Below the pieces are notes generated by a model. The model was not told where the DNA came from. It did not search any database and saw nothing but the letters and a program-made list of their open reading frames with translations. Made by a program: the position numbers and the translations under genes. Positions 9,477 to 21,591 of a stretch of DNA of 64,000 nt are shown here, in pieces (the stretch's first letter is position 1; the number at the start of each line of letters is the position of its first letter). Origin of the DNA: an uncultured Pelagibacteraceae bacterium. Lineage in GTDB: Bacteria; Pseudomonadota; Alphaproteobacteria; Pelagibacterales; Pelagibacteraceae. The stretch covers positions 1,914 through 65,913 of the forward strand of contig CACGGZ010000002.1 in assembly GCA_902572695.1 (NCBI GenBank), in the 5' to 3' direction.

Positions 9477-10352
9477 ATGTACAAAAAAAAATTATTAATA
9501 AATGCTAAAAAAATTGATTTATTTTTAAAAAAAAAATTAGATAATCAAAAAAAAACATCTCTTAATTTACCAATGAGGTATGGATTATTATCTGGAGGAA
9601 AAAAAATTAGATCATCAATAATAATAAATTCCGGAAAATTATATAATTTAAAACTTAATAAACTTATTAATATTTGCGCTGCAGTTGAATGCATTCACTC
9701 ATACTCTTTAATTCATGATGATCTGCCCTGCATGGATAATGATAGGTTTAGGAGGGGAAAATTATCAACGCATGCAAAATATGGGGAGGCTACTGCTGTG
9801 TTAGCTGGTAACTCTCTTTTAACTTTTGCTTTTGAAATGATTACAGATCCTAAATTTAAAATAGGACATAAGTCCAAATTAGAATTAATAAATAAATTAG
9901 CTTACTACTCGGGTCATGAGGGCATTGCTGGCGGTCAAGATTTAGACTTAAAGTTTGAAAACAAAAAAAAAACATTACAAGAAATAATATCAATGCAAAA
10001 AAAGAAAACTGGCAAATTATTTAATTTTTGTTGTTTTGCGGCAGCCTGCATAGCTAATAAAAATATTAAAGAGAAAAATAAAATGGGATTAATCGGAGAA
10101 GAAATTGGATTATTATTTCAAATTGCAGATGATATGCTAGATTTAAAGGGTTCAAAAAAAACATTAGGAAAGTCTGCAAAAAAAGACAAATCAAAAGGTA
10201 AATCAACTTTAGTGGATCATATAGGATACAAAAAGACCTTAAATTATGCAAAAAATTTACAAATAAAAATATTGAGAAATTTGAAAAAACATGGAAAAAA
10301 AGCTAATGATTTAATTAAAACAGTAGAATTTATTTTACAAAGAAATTATTAA
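9477..10352 (+). CDS. ispA: farnesyl diphosphate synthase
   Basis: [28 protein letters not shown]. Confidence 0.92.
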   Translation: MYKKKLLINAKKIDLFLKKKLDNQKKTSLNLPMRYGLLSGGKKIRSSIIINSGKLYNLKLNKLINICAAVECIHSYSLIHDDLPCMDNDRFRRGKLSTHAKYGEATAVLAGNSLLTFAFEMITDPKFKIGHKSKLELINKLAYYSGHEGIAGGQDLDLKFENKKKTLQEIISMQKKKTGKLFNFCCFAAACIANKNIKEKNKMGLIGEEIGLLFQIADDMLDLKGSKKTLGKSAKKDKSKGKSTLVDHIGYKKTLNYAKNLQIKILRNLKKHGKKANDLIKTVEFILQRNY

Positions 10353-12265
10353 TGAAAAAATTATTAAATGAAATTAACTATCCATCAGATCTAAGAAAAT
10401 TAGATTTAAATCAACTCCCCCAAGTATCTAAAGAACTTAGAGAAGAACTAATAGATGTTGTTTCTGAGACAGGAGGACATCTCGGTGCAGGGCTGGGAGT
10501 CATAGAGTTGACCGTTGCTCTTCATTACGTATTTAATACTCCAAAGGATAAACTAATTTGGGATGTAAGTCATCAAAGCTACCCTCATAAAATAATAACT
10601 GGACGAAAAAATAAAATGAGAAGTTTGAGAAAAGGAGGTGGAATATCTGGATTTACAAAAAGATCAGAGAGTGAATATGACACTTTTGGAGCAGCACACA
10701 GCTCCACCTCAATATCGTCAGCTTTGGGAATTTCAGTGGCTAAAAAACTATCAAACGAAAATAATAATATTATAGCTGTGATAGGCGATGGTGCTATGAG
10801 TGCCGGTATGGCATATGAAGCTATGAATAATGCTGGAGCGTTAAAGTCTAAACTTGTCGTTGTTTTAAATGATAATGATATGTCAATTGCTAAACCGGTT
10901 GGAGCTATGAGTAAATATTTTGCTAAATTATTATCAGGAAAACTTTATTTTAGTTTAAGAGAAACATTAAAGTTAATTACATCGGCATTTTCAAAAAGAT
11001 TCACTCAAAAAGCTGGAAAAGCGGAGGACATCCTTAGAGGCATTGTAAGTGGTGGGACTTTGTTCAGTGAATTAGGTTTTTATTACATAGGACCAATAGA
11101 CGGACACGATGTACAAAATTTAGTTCAAATTTTTGAAAATGTAAAAAAATCTAATTATAATGGCCCAATACTTGTTCACGCCATAACACAAAAAGGTAAG
11201 GGGTATGAACCTGCTGAGAAATCAGGAGATAAATATCATGGCGTATCAAAATTTAATATTTCCACAGGTGAACAAAAAAAAACAAACTCAAATATACCCT
11301 CCTATACAAAGGTATTTGCTGACACTTTAATTAAACATGCAGAGAGAGATACAAAAATAATTGGAATTACTGGCGCAATGCCGTCAGGAACTGGTCTTAA
11401 TTTGTTTGAAAAAAGATTTCCAGACAGAATGTTTGACGTTGGTATTGCAGAACAACACGCAGTTACATTTGCTGCCGGATTAACTACAGAAGGTTATAAG
11501 CCTTATGCAGCAATATACTCAACATTTCTACAAAGAGCTTATGATCAAGTAGTACATGATGTATCTTTGCAATCGCTACCGGTAAGATTTGCAATAGATA
11601 GAGCGGGGCTCGTGGGAGCTGACGGCCCAACACACGCAGGATCATTTGATATTACATATTTAAGCACATTACCAAATTTTATAGTAATGGCAGCTAGCGA
11701 CGAGTCTGAACTTGTAAAAATGATTAATACCTCTGTATCAATCAATGATAAACCTTCAGCTTTTAGATATCCAAGGGGAAACGGAACAGGAGTAAAACTT
11801 CCAACTTTGGAGGAAAAATTAGAAATTGGAAAAGGAAGAATTTTATTTGAGGGAAAAAAAATTGCAATTTTGAACTTTGGATCAAGATTAGAAGAATGTA
11901 AAATAGCTAGAGAAATTTTATTAAAAAAGGGAATAAATTTAACAATTGCAGACGCAAGATTCGCAAAACCTTTAGATGAAAAACTTATAATTGATCTGGC
12001 AACTAACAATGAGTTAATAGTAACAATAGAAGAGGGCTCTATCGGAGGATTTGGATCACACGTAATGCATCTTCTATCTGAAAGAGGAATTTTTGACAAA
12101 GGATTAAAATTTAGATCTATGATACTACCAGACATATTTATTGATCAGGATACACCTGAATTAATGTATAAAGTAGCTGGCTTGGATGCAAAAAGCATAG
12201 TTGAGAAAATTGAAAACGCGCTTAAATCAAATGTAGTTATAGCAAAAAATAATTTTAAATCTTAA
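10352..12265 (+). CDS. dxs: 1-deoxy-D-xylulose-5-phosphate synthase
   Basis: [43 protein letters not shown]. Confidence 0.98.
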   Translation: MKKLLNEINYPSDLRKLDLNQLPQVSKELREELIDVVSETGGHLGAGLGVIELTVALHYVFNTPKDKLIWDVSHQSYPHKIITGRKNKMRSLRKGGGISGFTKRSESEYDTFGAAHSSTSISSALGISVAKKLSNENNNIIAVIGDGAMSAGMAYEAMNNAGALKSKLVVVLNDNDMSIAKPVGAMSKYFAKLLSGKLYFSLRETLKLITSAFSKRFTQKAGKAEDILRGIVSGGTLFSELGFYYIGPIDGHDVQNLVQIFENVKKSNYNGPILVHAITQKGKGYEPAEKSGDKYHGVSKFNISTGEQKKTNSNIPSYTKVFADTLIKHAERDTKIIGITGAMPSGTGLNLFEKRFPDRMFDVGIAEQHAVTFAAGLTTEGYKPYAAIYSTFLQRAYDQVVHDVSLQSLPVRFAIDRAGLVGADGPTHAGSFDITYLSTLPNFIVMAASDESELVKMINTSVSINDKPSAFRYPRGNGTGVKLPTLEEKLEIGKGRILFEGKKIAILNFGSRLEECKIAREILLKKGINLTIADARFAKPLDEKLIIDLATNNELIVTIEEGSIGGFGSHVMHLLSERGIFDKGLKFRSMILPDIFIDQDTPELMYKVAGLDAKSIVEKIENALKSNVVIAKNNFKS

Positions 12266-13344
12266 CCACATTGACCGCGATTCATCAAAATCTGATCCAA
12301 TAAAACGCATGCAAGCATAGCCTCGCCTATTGGAACAGCTCGAATTCCAACACAAGGATCATGTCTACCTTTAACTGAGATATTGGTATTTTTTCCTTTT
12401 TTGTCAATTGTCTCTCTTGAGTTTAAGATAGAGGAGGTGGGTTTGACAGAGAAAGACGCAACTATCTGTTGTCCAGTAGAAATTCCACCAAGAATTCCAC
12501 CAGCCTTGTTAGATTTGAAAAAAGTTTTTCCAGACTTTGATCTTATTTCGTCGGAGTTCTCCTCACCACTTAAAAATGCTGCTCCCATACCAGCACCAAC
12601 GTTTACACCTTTAACCGCATTTATACTCATCAAAGCTGCTGCTATTTCAGTATCTAATTTGGAATAAATTGGAGATCCAATTCCAACTGGAATACCTGAA
12701 GATCTTATTTCAATAACTGCTCCACAAGATGATCCAGATTTTCTAACTGCCAATAAATATTTTTCCCATAATTTTACAGATTTTTTATCTGGACAAAAAA
12801 ATGGATTTTTTCTTATTTGATCATCATTCCAATTAGACTTGTCACAGCTCATTAAACCCAATTGCGTTACAGCTCCGATTATTTTAAATTTTGAACCTAA
12901 AAGTTTTTTGAGGACTATTTTTGCAACCGCTCCCGCTGCAACTCGGCAAGCTGTCTCTCTAGCAGATTGTCTTCCGCCTCCACGGAAATCTCTTATTCCG
13001 TATTTCTTAAAATAAGTGAAATCAGCGTGCCCTGGTCTAAATTTATCTTTGATTGTCTCATAGTCTCTTGATCTTTTATCCTCATTGTAAATAATGATTG
13101 AGATTGGAGTTCCAGTTGTTTTACCTTGAAAAACACCAGAGAGTATTACTATTTTATCTGACTCTTTTCTTTGAGTGGTAAATTTTGACTGACCAGGCTT
13201 ACGTCTATCCATATCATACTGTATGTCTCTCTCGGAAATAGCTATATTTGGCGGACATCCGTCAATAACGCAGCCTATTGCTGGTCCATGGGACTCTCCC
13301 CAAGTTGTAAATCTAAAAATTTTACCAAAAGTATTAAAAGACAT
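12262..13344 (-). CDS. aroC: chorismate synthase
   Basis: [33 protein letters not shown]. Confidence 0.98.
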   Translation of the reverse strand: MSFNTFGKIFRFTTWGESHGPAIGCVIDGCPPNIAISERDIQYDMDRRKPGQSKFTTQRKESDKIVILSGVFQGKTTGTPISIIIYNEDKRSRDYETIKDKFRPGHADFTYFKKYGIRDFRGGGRQSARETACRVAAGAVAKIVLKKLLGSKFKIIGAVTQLGLMSCDKSNWNDDQIRKNPFFCPDKKSVKLWEKYLLAVRKSGSSCGAVIEIRSSGIPVGIGSPIYSKLDTEIAAALMSINAVKGVNVGAGMGAAFLSGEENSDEIRSKSGKTFFKSNKAGGILGGISTGQQIVASFSVKPTSSILNSRETIDKKGKNTNISVKGRHDPCVGIRAVPIGEAMLACVLLDQILMNRGQCG

Positions 13345-13378
13345 AATTATTTAATGTATAAATTATTTTAAAGAATAT

Positions 13379-14011
13379 ATGAATCAAAAAAATGGCAAAA
13401 ATTCACTTGGAATAGATAAATGCTTTGAAGAGCTAGATAATCCAATAGAATTATTCAAAAAATGGTTTGCTAAAGCCCAAGAAAATGAAATAAATGATCC
13501 CAATGCCCTCGCTCTGGCTACCTCAAACAAACAAAATCAACCAAGCGTAAGGATGGTTTTATTGAAAGGAATAAGTGAAAAAGGATTTGTTTTTTATACA
13601 AATTTGAATAGTAAAAAGAGTAGTGATTTAAATATTAATAAAAAAGCTTCAATGTGTTTTCATTGGAAAAGTATTAGGAGGCAAGTAAGAGTAAGTGGGA
13701 TTGTGGAAAAAGTTTCTGATAGAGAAGCAGATGAATATTATGAGTCCAGACCTTACAAAAATAAGATTGGTGCTTGGGCCTCATCTCAGTCAGAGATATT
13801 AGAAAAGAGAGAAAACTTTCTTAAAAATGTTAAAGATTTTGAAAACAAGTACCCTTCACAAGGAAAAGTGCCCAGACCAGATTATTGGTCAGGTTGGAGA
13901 TTAATCCCTAATCAAATTGAATTTTGGTTAGATGGTGAGGGAAGAATTCATGAAAGATTAAATTATGTTAAGAAAGATAATTCTTGGAATAAAAATCTTT
14001 TATATCCTTAA
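13379..14011 (+). CDS. pdxH: pyridoxamine 5'-phosphate oxidase
   Basis: RMVLLK, FYTN..SKK, RQVRV.G, AWASSQS, EFW...GRIHER. Confidence 0.95.
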   Translation: MNQKNGKNSLGIDKCFEELDNPIELFKKWFAKAQENEINDPNALALATSNKQNQPSVRMVLLKGISEKGFVFYTNLNSKKSSDLNINKKASMCFHWKSIRRQVRVSGIVEKVSDREADEYYESRPYKNKIGAWASSQSEILEKRENFLKNVKDFENKYPSQGKVPRPDYWSGWRLIPNQIEFWLDGEGRIHERLNYVKKDNSWNKNLLYP

Positions 14012-15021
14012 TAATTTCTATTTAAACTAAAATTAGATAAGCTTTGAAGGATTTCTTTTTCTTTACTATTATTAAATATCCCCAAAGCATCTCTTGATAC
14101 GTTAACAAAATATTCTGCTCTCTTTAAACTCTCCTCAACTGCTTTATATTTGTTTATTAAATTTAAAACCTCGTTAAAATTTTTTTCTGATCTTTTTTCT
14201 AATCTAAATATATCTTTAAGAAAATCTCTTTCAGTTTTACTCGCACGTTGAAAAATTATTATTATCGGTAAAGTTGTTTTTCCCTCATAAAAATCTTTTC
14301 CTATTTCTTTTCCAAAAAGTTTTTCTTTTGCAAAATAATCTAAAGAGTCATCAGCTATCTGAAAAGCTAAACCTAAATTCTTTCCATAAGAAGCAAGTGC
14401 TTCCTTCTTCTTAGCATCTAATTTTCCTAAACATGCACCAGTCTTTGTAGCAGCAGAAAAAAGAGCTGCAGTTTTTAAGTTTATTATTTTTATATAAGTC
14501 TCTTCAAGAAGATCAGCTTCACCTTTATGTTGTAATTGTAAAACTTCACCTTGAGCAATTTTAGAAGACGTTGAAGATAATAGTTTTAAAATTTCTAGAT
14601 CACCGTCCTCTACCATGATTTCAAAACATCTGCTTAATAAATAATCTCCCGTCAAAATAGAAGATTGATTTCCCCAAATTGAATTTGCTGTTTTGCTTCC
14701 TCTCCTTAGGACACTTTCATCAATAACATCATCATGTAAAAGAGTGGCTGCATGAATTAATTCTACGCAACTTGCTAGGTTAGTGTCTCTGTCACCAATT
14801 TCATACCCAGATAGTTTGGACGAACCCAAAGTAAGCATTGCTCTCAGTCTTTTTCCACCTGAGCTCAAGTGATGTTTGGTCATTTTTTGTATCAGCTCAA
14901 CTTTACTCTCAAGTTTGCTTTCAATTATAGTTTCTACTTTAATAAGCTTAGTTTTTACTAAGTTTCTTAAGTCCCAATAAGATGAGCTCACAGAGTTTTT
15001 TAGCGGTATTACTAATCCCAT
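14008..15021 (-). CDS. ispB: long-chain polyprenyl diphosphate synthase
   Basis: GGKRLR, TLLHDDVID..RRG, GEVLQL, FQIADD. Confidence 0.9.
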   Translation of the reverse strand: MGLVIPLKNSVSSSYWDLRNLVKTKLIKVETIIESKLESKVELIQKMTKHHLSSGGKRLRAMLTLGSSKLSGYEIGDRDTNLASCVELIHAATLLHDDVIDESVLRRGSKTANSIWGNQSSILTGDYLLSRCFEIMVEDGDLEILKLLSSTSSKIAQGEVLQLQHKGEADLLEETYIKIINLKTAALFSAATKTGACLGKLDAKKKEALASYGKNLGLAFQIADDSLDYFAKEKLFGKEIGKDFYEGKTTLPIIIIFQRASKTERDFLKDIFRLEKRSEKNFNEVLNLINKYKAVEESLKRAEYFVNVSRDALGIFNNSKEKEILQSLSNFSLNRNY

Positions 15022-15164
15022 AATATTATTTTATATAACCTAGCTTATTATAAAAATTTTATTCAAAATTAGTTGACGCACCTTTAATTCAACTAGAAGT
15101 AGCGTAATAATTTAGTAAGATTTTTAGATTGTATTGATATAATTAGATATTATTACTCTATAAT

Positions 15165-15983
15165 ATGTTTTCTTTTTTTAAAAAAAAATTAATTATTCCT
15201 CATGTTCGAATGTCCGGGGTTATTGGATCAGTAGGTAAATTCAAACAAGGTTTGGATTTATCAAGCCAACAAGGTTTACTTAAAAAGGCTTTTAGTTACA
15301 AGAAACCCAAAACAGTTGCAATTTCAATAAATTCTCCAGGCGGGTCACCAGTTCAGTCACATCTAATTTATAGTTATATACGACAATTAGCAAAAAAAAA
15401 TAATACAAAAGTAATAATATTTGCTGAAGATGTAGCAGCCTCAGGCGGATATTTTATTGCATGTGCGGGTGATGAAATTTATGCAAATTCAAGTTCAATT
15501 ATTGGATCAATTGGTGTCATTTCTGCATCATTTGGCTTTAAAGACTTAATCAAAAAAATAGGAATCGAGAGAAGAATTTATACTGCAGGAAAAAACAAAA
15601 GTACTTTAGATCCATTCATTGAAGAAAAAGAAGAGGATGTTCAAAGACTAAAAAAAATTCAATTAGATCTTCACTCTAATTTTATTGAAGTAGTAAAAGA
15701 AAGCAGAGGAAAAAAAATCAAAGAACCTGAAAAAAATAACATTTTTACTGGCGAATTTTGGTCAGGCTCAGCAGCCCTTGAGCTTGGTTTAATAGATGGA
15801 ATTGGAAATTTAGATCAAATTCTTAGGAAAAAATTTGGAGAAAATATAATAATTAAAAATTTTGAAAAACAAAAAAGCTTTTTAGCTAAAAAATTATCAT
15901 CCTCACTTTCTTTAGATAATCAAGTTGAGAGAGTGATTGATAGTCTGGAAGAAAAAAATTTGTGGCAAAAATTCGGTTTATAA
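15165..15983 (+). CDS. S49 family peptidase (SppA/SohB-like)
   Basis: [27 protein letters not shown]. Confidence 0.9.
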   Translation: MFSFFKKKLIIPHVRMSGVIGSVGKFKQGLDLSSQQGLLKKAFSYKKPKTVAISINSPGGSPVQSHLIYSYIRQLAKKNNTKVIIFAEDVAASGGYFIACAGDEIYANSSSIIGSIGVISASFGFKDLIKKIGIERRIYTAGKNKSTLDPFIEEKEEDVQRLKKIQLDLHSNFIEVVKESRGKKIKEPEKNNIFTGEFWSGSAALELGLIDGIGNLDQILRKKFGENIIIKNFEKQKSFLAKKLSSSLSLDNQVERVIDSLEEKNLWQKFGL

Positions 15984-15984
15984 A

Positions 15985-16860
15985 ATGTCTGACAAAAAAA
16001 ATAAAAATTTAACTGGTCAGTCTTTTCAAGATATTATAATGAATCTTCAAAAATTTTGGGGAAAGTATGGATGTGTTATACTTCAACCGTATGATTTAGA
16101 AGTTGGTGCCGGAACCTTTCACCCCGCAACTACTCTTAGATCCTTAGGCCCCAAACCTTGGAAGGCTGCGTATGTACAACCATCGCGTAGACCAACGGAT
16201 GGACGTTATGGGGAGAATCCAAATCGGCTTCAACATTATTACCAGTATCAGGTTATAATTAAACCTTCCCCTAAAAATATAAAAAATATTTATCTTAAAA
16301 GTCTCTCGGCAATTGGAATAAATGTCAAAAGACATGATATTAGATTTGTCGAAGATGATTGGGAAAGCCCTACACTTGGTGCGTCTGGATTAGGATGGGA
16401 AGTCTGGTGCGATGGTATGGAGATAACTCAATTTACATATTTCCAACAAATGACAGGCTTAGAGTGTAAACCGATACCTGTAGAACTTACATATGGCCTT
16501 GAAAGATTATGTATGTTTGTTCAAGGGAAAAATAATATTTTTGATATCGATTGGAATGATGAGGGAATAAAATACAAAGATATTTTTTATCAATCCGAAA
16601 AAGAATTTTCTGCCTACAATTTTGAACATGCGGATACCAAAAAGTTATTTTCTAATTTTGAAGCCGCAGAAGAAGAATGTAAAGCTCTACTAGAAAAAAA
16701 GCTTGCTTTACCTGCATATGATCAATGTCTAAAAGCAAGCCATATTTTTAACCTCTTAGATTCAAGAGGCGTGATTGGTGTAGCAGAGAGAGCAAACTAT
16801 ATCGATAGAATAAGAGACCTAGCCAAGAACTCAGGATCTACTTGGTTAGACAGCCAATAA
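15985..16860 (+). CDS. glyQ: glycine--tRNA ligase alpha subunit
   Basis: [36 protein letters not shown]; start moved to the ATG at 15985, just after the S49 stop. Confidence 0.97.
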   Translation: MSDKKNKNLTGQSFQDIIMNLQKFWGKYGCVILQPYDLEVGAGTFHPATTLRSLGPKPWKAAYVQPSRRPTDGRYGENPNRLQHYYQYQVIIKPSPKNIKNIYLKSLSAIGINVKRHDIRFVEDDWESPTLGASGLGWEVWCDGMEITQFTYFQQMTGLECKPIPVELTYGLERLCMFVQGKNNIFDIDWNDEGIKYKDIFYQSEKEFSAYNFEHADTKKLFSNFEAAEEECKALLEKKLALPAYDQCLKASHIFNLLDSRGVIGVAERANYIDRIRDLAKNSGSTWLDSQ

Positions 16861-16864
16861 ATTT

Positions 16865-18922
16865 ATGTCTGAATTTTTATTAGAGTTATATAGCGAGGAA
16901 GTACCACCAAATTTACAAATTAATGCTAGAAAAGAAATTGAGGAAAAAATTAAAAAATCACTTAAAGATGAAAGTGTAAAGTATAGCGATATAAAATCTT
17001 TTTCATCTCCAACAAGACTAATAATTTTTATCAAAGGACTAAAAGAAAGCGTCAGTATACCATCAAAAGAAATCAGAGGACCAAAAGTTGGAGTTTTGGA
17101 CGACATTAAAAATAATTTTTTAAAGGCTCATGAATTATCTATAAAAGATATTTATGAAAAACAAACTGAAAAAGGAAAATTCTTCTTTGCAAAAACAAAG
17201 GCCAGAAAAATTCTTGTTAGTGAAATATTAATTAAGGTTATTTTAAACTGTATTGCCAGTTTAAATTGGAAAAAATCAATGAAATGGGGTAGCCATGATT
17301 TGTTATGGGGAAGACCCCTAAGATCAATTCTTTCTTTATTTGGGGGAAAAGTCTTGCACTTTAATTTTGCGCATCTTAAAGCCAATGACTTCACGATAAT
17401 AGAAAAAGACCTGAAAACAAAAACTCGTAAAATTAGAGATTTTAGGGATTATCAAAAATTTTTGAGGAAAAATGATATTATTTTTGATCAATCTCAGCGA
17501 GAAAATAAAATAATTACTAAATTTGATGTATTTTGCTCCTTAAAAAACTTTAAAAACCATTTTGAAAAAAAATTAATAACTGAGGTAACTAATATTGTGG
17601 AGGATCCACATGTAATCCTAGTTGAATTTAGCAAGAAGTATCTTGAACTGCCTCCAGAAATAATAATATCAACCTTGCAAAATCAACAAAGATATTTTCC
17701 AATCTTTGATAAAAAAATGGATAAATTAACAAATTATTTTTTCGTTGTATCAAACAAAAAGGATAAAGGAGGACTTATTAAAGATGGAAATAAAAGGGTA
17801 GTAGAAGCTAGATTGGCTGATGCAAAGTTTTTTTGGGACAAAGATAAGTCAAAAAACCTTATTAAACAAATCGCAAAACTTAAAAATATTGTTTTTTACG
17901 AATCTTTAGGAACAATTTTTGACAAAACCCAAAGAATTAGAAAACTCAGCGCCCTTTTGGCAGATAACTTAAATTTAAATAAAGAAAAAGTGGAAGTTGC
18001 CGCTTCAATTTCTAAATCTGATCTATGTTCTGATTTAGTAGGCGAATACCCTGACCTGCAAGGACTGATGGGAAAGCATTTTGCAATAAGTCAGGGCTTT
18101 GAGGATGAAGTTTCAACTGCAGTAAGTGATCATTATTTACCATTAGGAATAAACTCAAAAGTTCCAAAAAAACCTGTAAGTTATACTGTTTCAATTGCAG
18201 ATAAAATAGACACATTAGTGTGTTTTTTTTCAATTAACGAGAAACCCACTAGTTCCAAAGATCCTTTCGCTTTAAGAAGATCGGCTATTGGATTGCTTAG
18301 AACAATAATTGAAAATAAACTTAATATTAAAATTCAAGATTTGATAAGCTATAATATTCATTTATTAAAAGACCAAAATGTAACAATTAAAAATGATAAG
18401 GCTGAAAGTGATCTTCTTACTTTTTTGAAAGATAGGATGAAAAACATTCTTAAAGACAAAAATATTAAATCAGATATTATCGAGGCATCATTAAGTTCTC
18501 ACAGAGGAGATAATTACTTAGATCTATATAAAAAAAATATTTTAATGAATAAGTATATAGACAAAGAGATTGGAATAAATGCTATTAGCTCTTACAAAAG
18601 AGCTTTTAATATAATTGATAAAGAAGGTAAAGAGGCTGAAGGTCGACCAGATGCTGTTTTATTTAGAAAAGATGAGGAAAAAAATCTTTTTGAAAAGATC
18701 AATGAAATAAGAAAAGCCTTGACCGTAAAAGAGGATAACAAAAATTATGAAAATCTTCTTAAAAATTTATCAGAAACCAAGTCAGTTACTGACAGTTTTT
18801 TTGATAATGTAGTTGTAAATGATGAGAATAAGGATATTAAGAATAATAGAATAGAACTATTAAAAATGTTCTGTAATACTTTTAACAATTTTATCAATTT
18901 CTCTAAATTAGAGGGTTTATGA
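16865..18922 (+). CDS. glyS: glycine--tRNA ligase beta subunit
   Basis: LLELYSEEVP, ARLADAKFF, EYPDLQGLMG, SKDPFALRR, FFDNVVVN. Confidence 0.96.
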   Translation: MSEFLLELYSEEVPPNLQINARKEIEEKIKKSLKDESVKYSDIKSFSSPTRLIIFIKGLKESVSIPSKEIRGPKVGVLDDIKNNFLKAHELSIKDIYEKQTEKGKFFFAKTKARKILVSEILIKVILNCIASLNWKKSMKWGSHDLLWGRPLRSILSLFGGKVLHFNFAHLKANDFTIIEKDLKTKTRKIRDFRDYQKFLRKNDIIFDQSQRENKIITKFDVFCSLKNFKNHFEKKLITEVTNIVEDPHVILVEFSKKYLELPPEIIISTLQNQQRYFPIFDKKMDKLTNYFFVVSNKKDKGGLIKDGNKRVVEARLADAKFFWDKDKSKNLIKQIAKLKNIVFYESLGTIFDKTQRIRKLSALLADNLNLNKEKVEVAASISKSDLCSDLVGEYPDLQGLMGKHFAISQGFEDEVSTAVSDHYLPLGINSKVPKKPVSYTVSIADKIDTLVCFFSINEKPTSSKDPFALRRSAIGLLRTIIENKLNIKIQDLISYNIHLLKDQNVTIKNDKAESDLLTFLKDRMKNILKDKNIKSDIIEASLSSHRGDNYLDLYKKNILMNKYIDKEIGINAISSYKRAFNIIDKEGKEAEGRPDAVLFRKDEEKNLFEKINEIRKALTVKEDNKNYENLLKNLSETKSVTDSFFDNVVVNDENKDIKNNRIELLKMFCNTFNNFINFSKLEGL

Positions 18923-21591
18923 TAAAAAAATATATTTTTAGTTTTGAAGACCCAAAAATAAGTAAAATTAAAAACAAAAAAAACATCCTAGGTGGTAAAG
19001 GAGCTAATCTTGCTGAGATGGGTAAGTTAGGCTTACCGGTTCCTCCAGGTTTTACTATTTCTACTGAAGTATGTGATATCTTTTATAAAAATAAAAAAAA
19101 ACTACCAGGTAAAATTGTAAGTTCAATTTCTTCAGAGTTAAAAAAAATAGAAAAAAAAACAAAAAAAAAATTTGGCGGTCTAGAGAATCCTCTTTTAATA
19201 TCAGTAAGATCTGGAGCAAGAGTCTCAATGCCAGGTATGATGGATACGATCCTCAATTTAGGATTAAATGATAAAACTGTTGAGGCATTAAAAAATAAAA
19301 CATCTAATGGAAGATTTGCAAAAGATAGTTATAGAAGATTCATACAAATGTATAGCAATGTAGTACTGGGTATTCACGGCCATTTATTTGAGGAATTGAT
19401 TGACAATTATAAGTTAACTAAAGGCGTGTTATTAGATACAGATTTAGATGAAAGCGATTGGGACGGCCTTATAAATAATTTCAAGGATCTAATTAAAAAA
19501 GAAAAAAAAATAAATTTTCCACAAGATGTAAAGGAACAGCTATTTGGCGCTATCAGTGCAGTTTTTTTGTCGTGGGAAAGTCAAAGAGCTAAGACATATA
19601 GAAAATTAAACCAAATACCCGACCACTGGGGCACTGCAGTTAATGTTCAAGCGATGGTATTTGGAAACATGGGCAATGATTGTTCAACTGGAGTGGCATT
19701 CACAAGAAATCCATCGACTGGAGAAAATTCTTTTTTTGGAGAGTTTTTAATAAACGCTCAAGGTGAAGATGTTGTTGCTGGAACACGCACGCCTCAACAT
19801 ATTACAAAAAAATCTAGAAAAGATTCTGGTTCAAAAGATCTTTCGATGGAGGAAGCAATGCCAAAAATTTATCAAGAGTTAACAAAAATATTTAAAAAAT
19901 TAGAGAAAAATTATAGGGATATGCAAGATATAGAATTCACAGTCGAAAATAATAAACTTTGGATGCTTCAAACCAGATCAGGTAAACGTACTGCAAAAGC
20001 CGCAATCAAAATTGCAGTTGATATGGTTAAAGAAAAATTAATTTCTAAAAAAGAAGCAATTTTAAGAGTTGACCCAAACACTTTAGACACCTTGCTGCAT
20101 CCGACATTAGATGAAAAATTTAAAAAAGAAGTCATGGCCACAGGACTTCCAGCTTCACCCGGAGCGGCTAGTGGAAAAGTAGTTTTTTCTGCAGATGATG
20201 CAGAAAAATTAAACTCAATGATGCAAGATACAATCTTAGTTAGACTAGAAACATCGCCCGAAGATATTCATGGAATGCACGCTGCCAAAGGGATATTGAC
20301 AGCTCGCGGTGGTATGACAAGCCATGCTGCGGTTGTTGCAAGAGGTATGGGCAGACCTTGTGTATCCGGTACGAGCGAAATAACAATTGATTATGAGGCT
20401 AAACAATTTAAAGCTGGAAACTTTACTATTAAAGAGGGAGAAATAATTACTATTGATGGAGGTAGTGGAAAAGTAATTAAAGGCTTGGTTCCAACTGTTC
20501 AACCAGATATTTCTGGATACTTTTCTACAATAATGAAATGGGCGGATGAATTTAGAAAACTTAATGTAAGAACAAACGCTGAGACTGAGATCGACAGCAA
20601 AACTGCTAGAGAATTTGGTGCAGAAGGTATCGGTTTATGTAGAACTGAGCATATGTTTTTTGATGAGGATAGAATTTTATCAGTTAGACAAATGATTTTA
20701 TCCAAATCCAAAAGTGACAGAGGTAGTGCTTTGGAAAAACTTTTGCCATATCAAAGAGAAGACTTCAAAAAAATATTCAAAATTATGTCAGGTTTACCAG
20801 TCACTATCAGGTTATTAGATCCTCCTTTACATGAATTTTTACCAAAAGCTGAAAAAGATATTGATGAGGTAGCTAGGTCTTTAAATTTATCATCAAAAGA
20901 AGTTAAGGATAGAATAGCCGAGCTCCATGAGGAAAATCCGATGCTAGGTCACAGGGGTTGCAGGCTTGGTATTTCGTTTCCTGAAATTTATGAAATGCAA
21001 TGTAGGGCTATATTTGAGTCATCAGTGGAACTAAAAAAAGAAAAAATAAAATCCTCATTTATTGAAATTATGATACCTCTTGTTTCAACTGAGTCTGAAT
21101 TAAAAATTTTAAGACAATTAGTTAATAAAATCGCCAAAGAGATAGAGAGCAAAAATAAAATAAAGTTAGATTTCATTGTAGGCACAATGATAGAATTGCC
21201 TCGAGCTGCTTTACAAGCTAAATCTATCTCAAAACATGCAGACTTTTTTAGTTTTGGTACTAATGATTTGACTCAAACCACCTTCGGAATAAGCAGGGAT
21301 GACTCAGGGAAGTTTTTAAACGATTATATTGATAATAAAATTTTTGATGTTGACCCCTTTGTTAGCATAGATCAAAATGGGGTAGGAGAATTAGTAGAAA
21401 TAGCTTCAAAAAGAGGCAGAAAAGTTAATAAAAAAATTAAATTAGGAATTTGTGGAGAGCACGGCGGTGACCCTAAAAGCATTGAATTTTGTTCTAAGAC
21501 TGGATTAGATTACGTTTCTTGTTCACCTTTTAGAGTACCTATTGCCAGACTAGCAGCTGCTCAAGCAGAATTAAATAAACAGCAAAGTTGA
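18919..21591 (+). CDS. ppdK: pyruvate phosphate dikinase
   Basis: LGGKGANLAEM, SMPGMMDT, phospho-His GGMTSHAAVVARG, GLCRTEHMF, FSFGTNDLTQ, GICGEHGG. Confidence 0.98.
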   Translation: MIKKYIFSFEDPKISKIKNKKNILGGKGANLAEMGKLGLPVPPGFTISTEVCDIFYKNKKKLPGKIVSSISSELKKIEKKTKKKFGGLENPLLISVRSGARVSMPGMMDTILNLGLNDKTVEALKNKTSNGRFAKDSYRRFIQMYSNVVLGIHGHLFEELIDNYKLTKGVLLDTDLDESDWDGLINNFKDLIKKEKKINFPQDVKEQLFGAISAVFLSWESQRAKTYRKLNQIPDHWGTAVNVQAMVFGNMGNDCSTGVAFTRNPSTGENSFFGEFLINAQGEDVVAGTRTPQHITKKSRKDSGSKDLSMEEAMPKIYQELTKIFKKLEKNYRDMQDIEFTVENNKLWMLQTRSGKRTAKAAIKIAVDMVKEKLISKKEAILRVDPNTLDTLLHPTLDEKFKKEVMATGLPASPGAASGKVVFSADDAEKLNSMMQDTILVRLETSPEDIHGMHAAKGILTARGGMTSHAAVVARGMGRPCVSGTSEITIDYEAKQFKAGNFTIKEGEIITIDGGSGKVIKGLVPTVQPDISGYFSTIMKWADEFRKLNVRTNAETEIDSKTAREFGAEGIGLCRTEHMFFDEDRILSVRQMILSKSKSDRGSALEKLLPYQREDFKKIFKIMSGLPVTIRLLDPPLHEFLPKAEKDIDEVARSLNLSSKEVKDRIAELHEENPMLGHRGCRLGISFPEIYEMQCRAIFESSVELKKEKIKSSFIEIMIPLVSTESELKILRQLVNKIAKEIESKNKIKLDFIVGTMIELPRAALQAKSISKHADFFSFGTNDLTQTTFGISRDDSGKFLNDYIDNKIFDVDPFVSIDQNGVGELVEIASKRGRKVNKKIKLGICGEHGGDPKSIEFCSKTGLDYVSCSPFRVPIARLAAAQAELNKQQS

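Noticed and set aside
11545-12135. 196-aa antisense ORF within dxs, and similar antisense or nested ORFs (291-671, 12383-12667, 29671-30009, 41814-42155, 45178-45540, 46017-46361, 60212-60568)
   Set aside because: Shadows of well-conserved genes; Phe/Ile/Ser-rich composition typical of reverse-complement frames; no motifs
15022-15164. 143-nt ispB/S49 divergent spacer as an sRNA or riboswitch
   Set aside because: No convincing stem or known motif; adequately explained by divergent promoters
15937-15984. N-terminal extensions in the ORF track (glyQ, pyrC, dksA, icd, acpP, DUF779, purF)
   Set aside because: Longest-ORF artefacts overlapping neighbouring genes or promoters; homology begins at downstream ATGs
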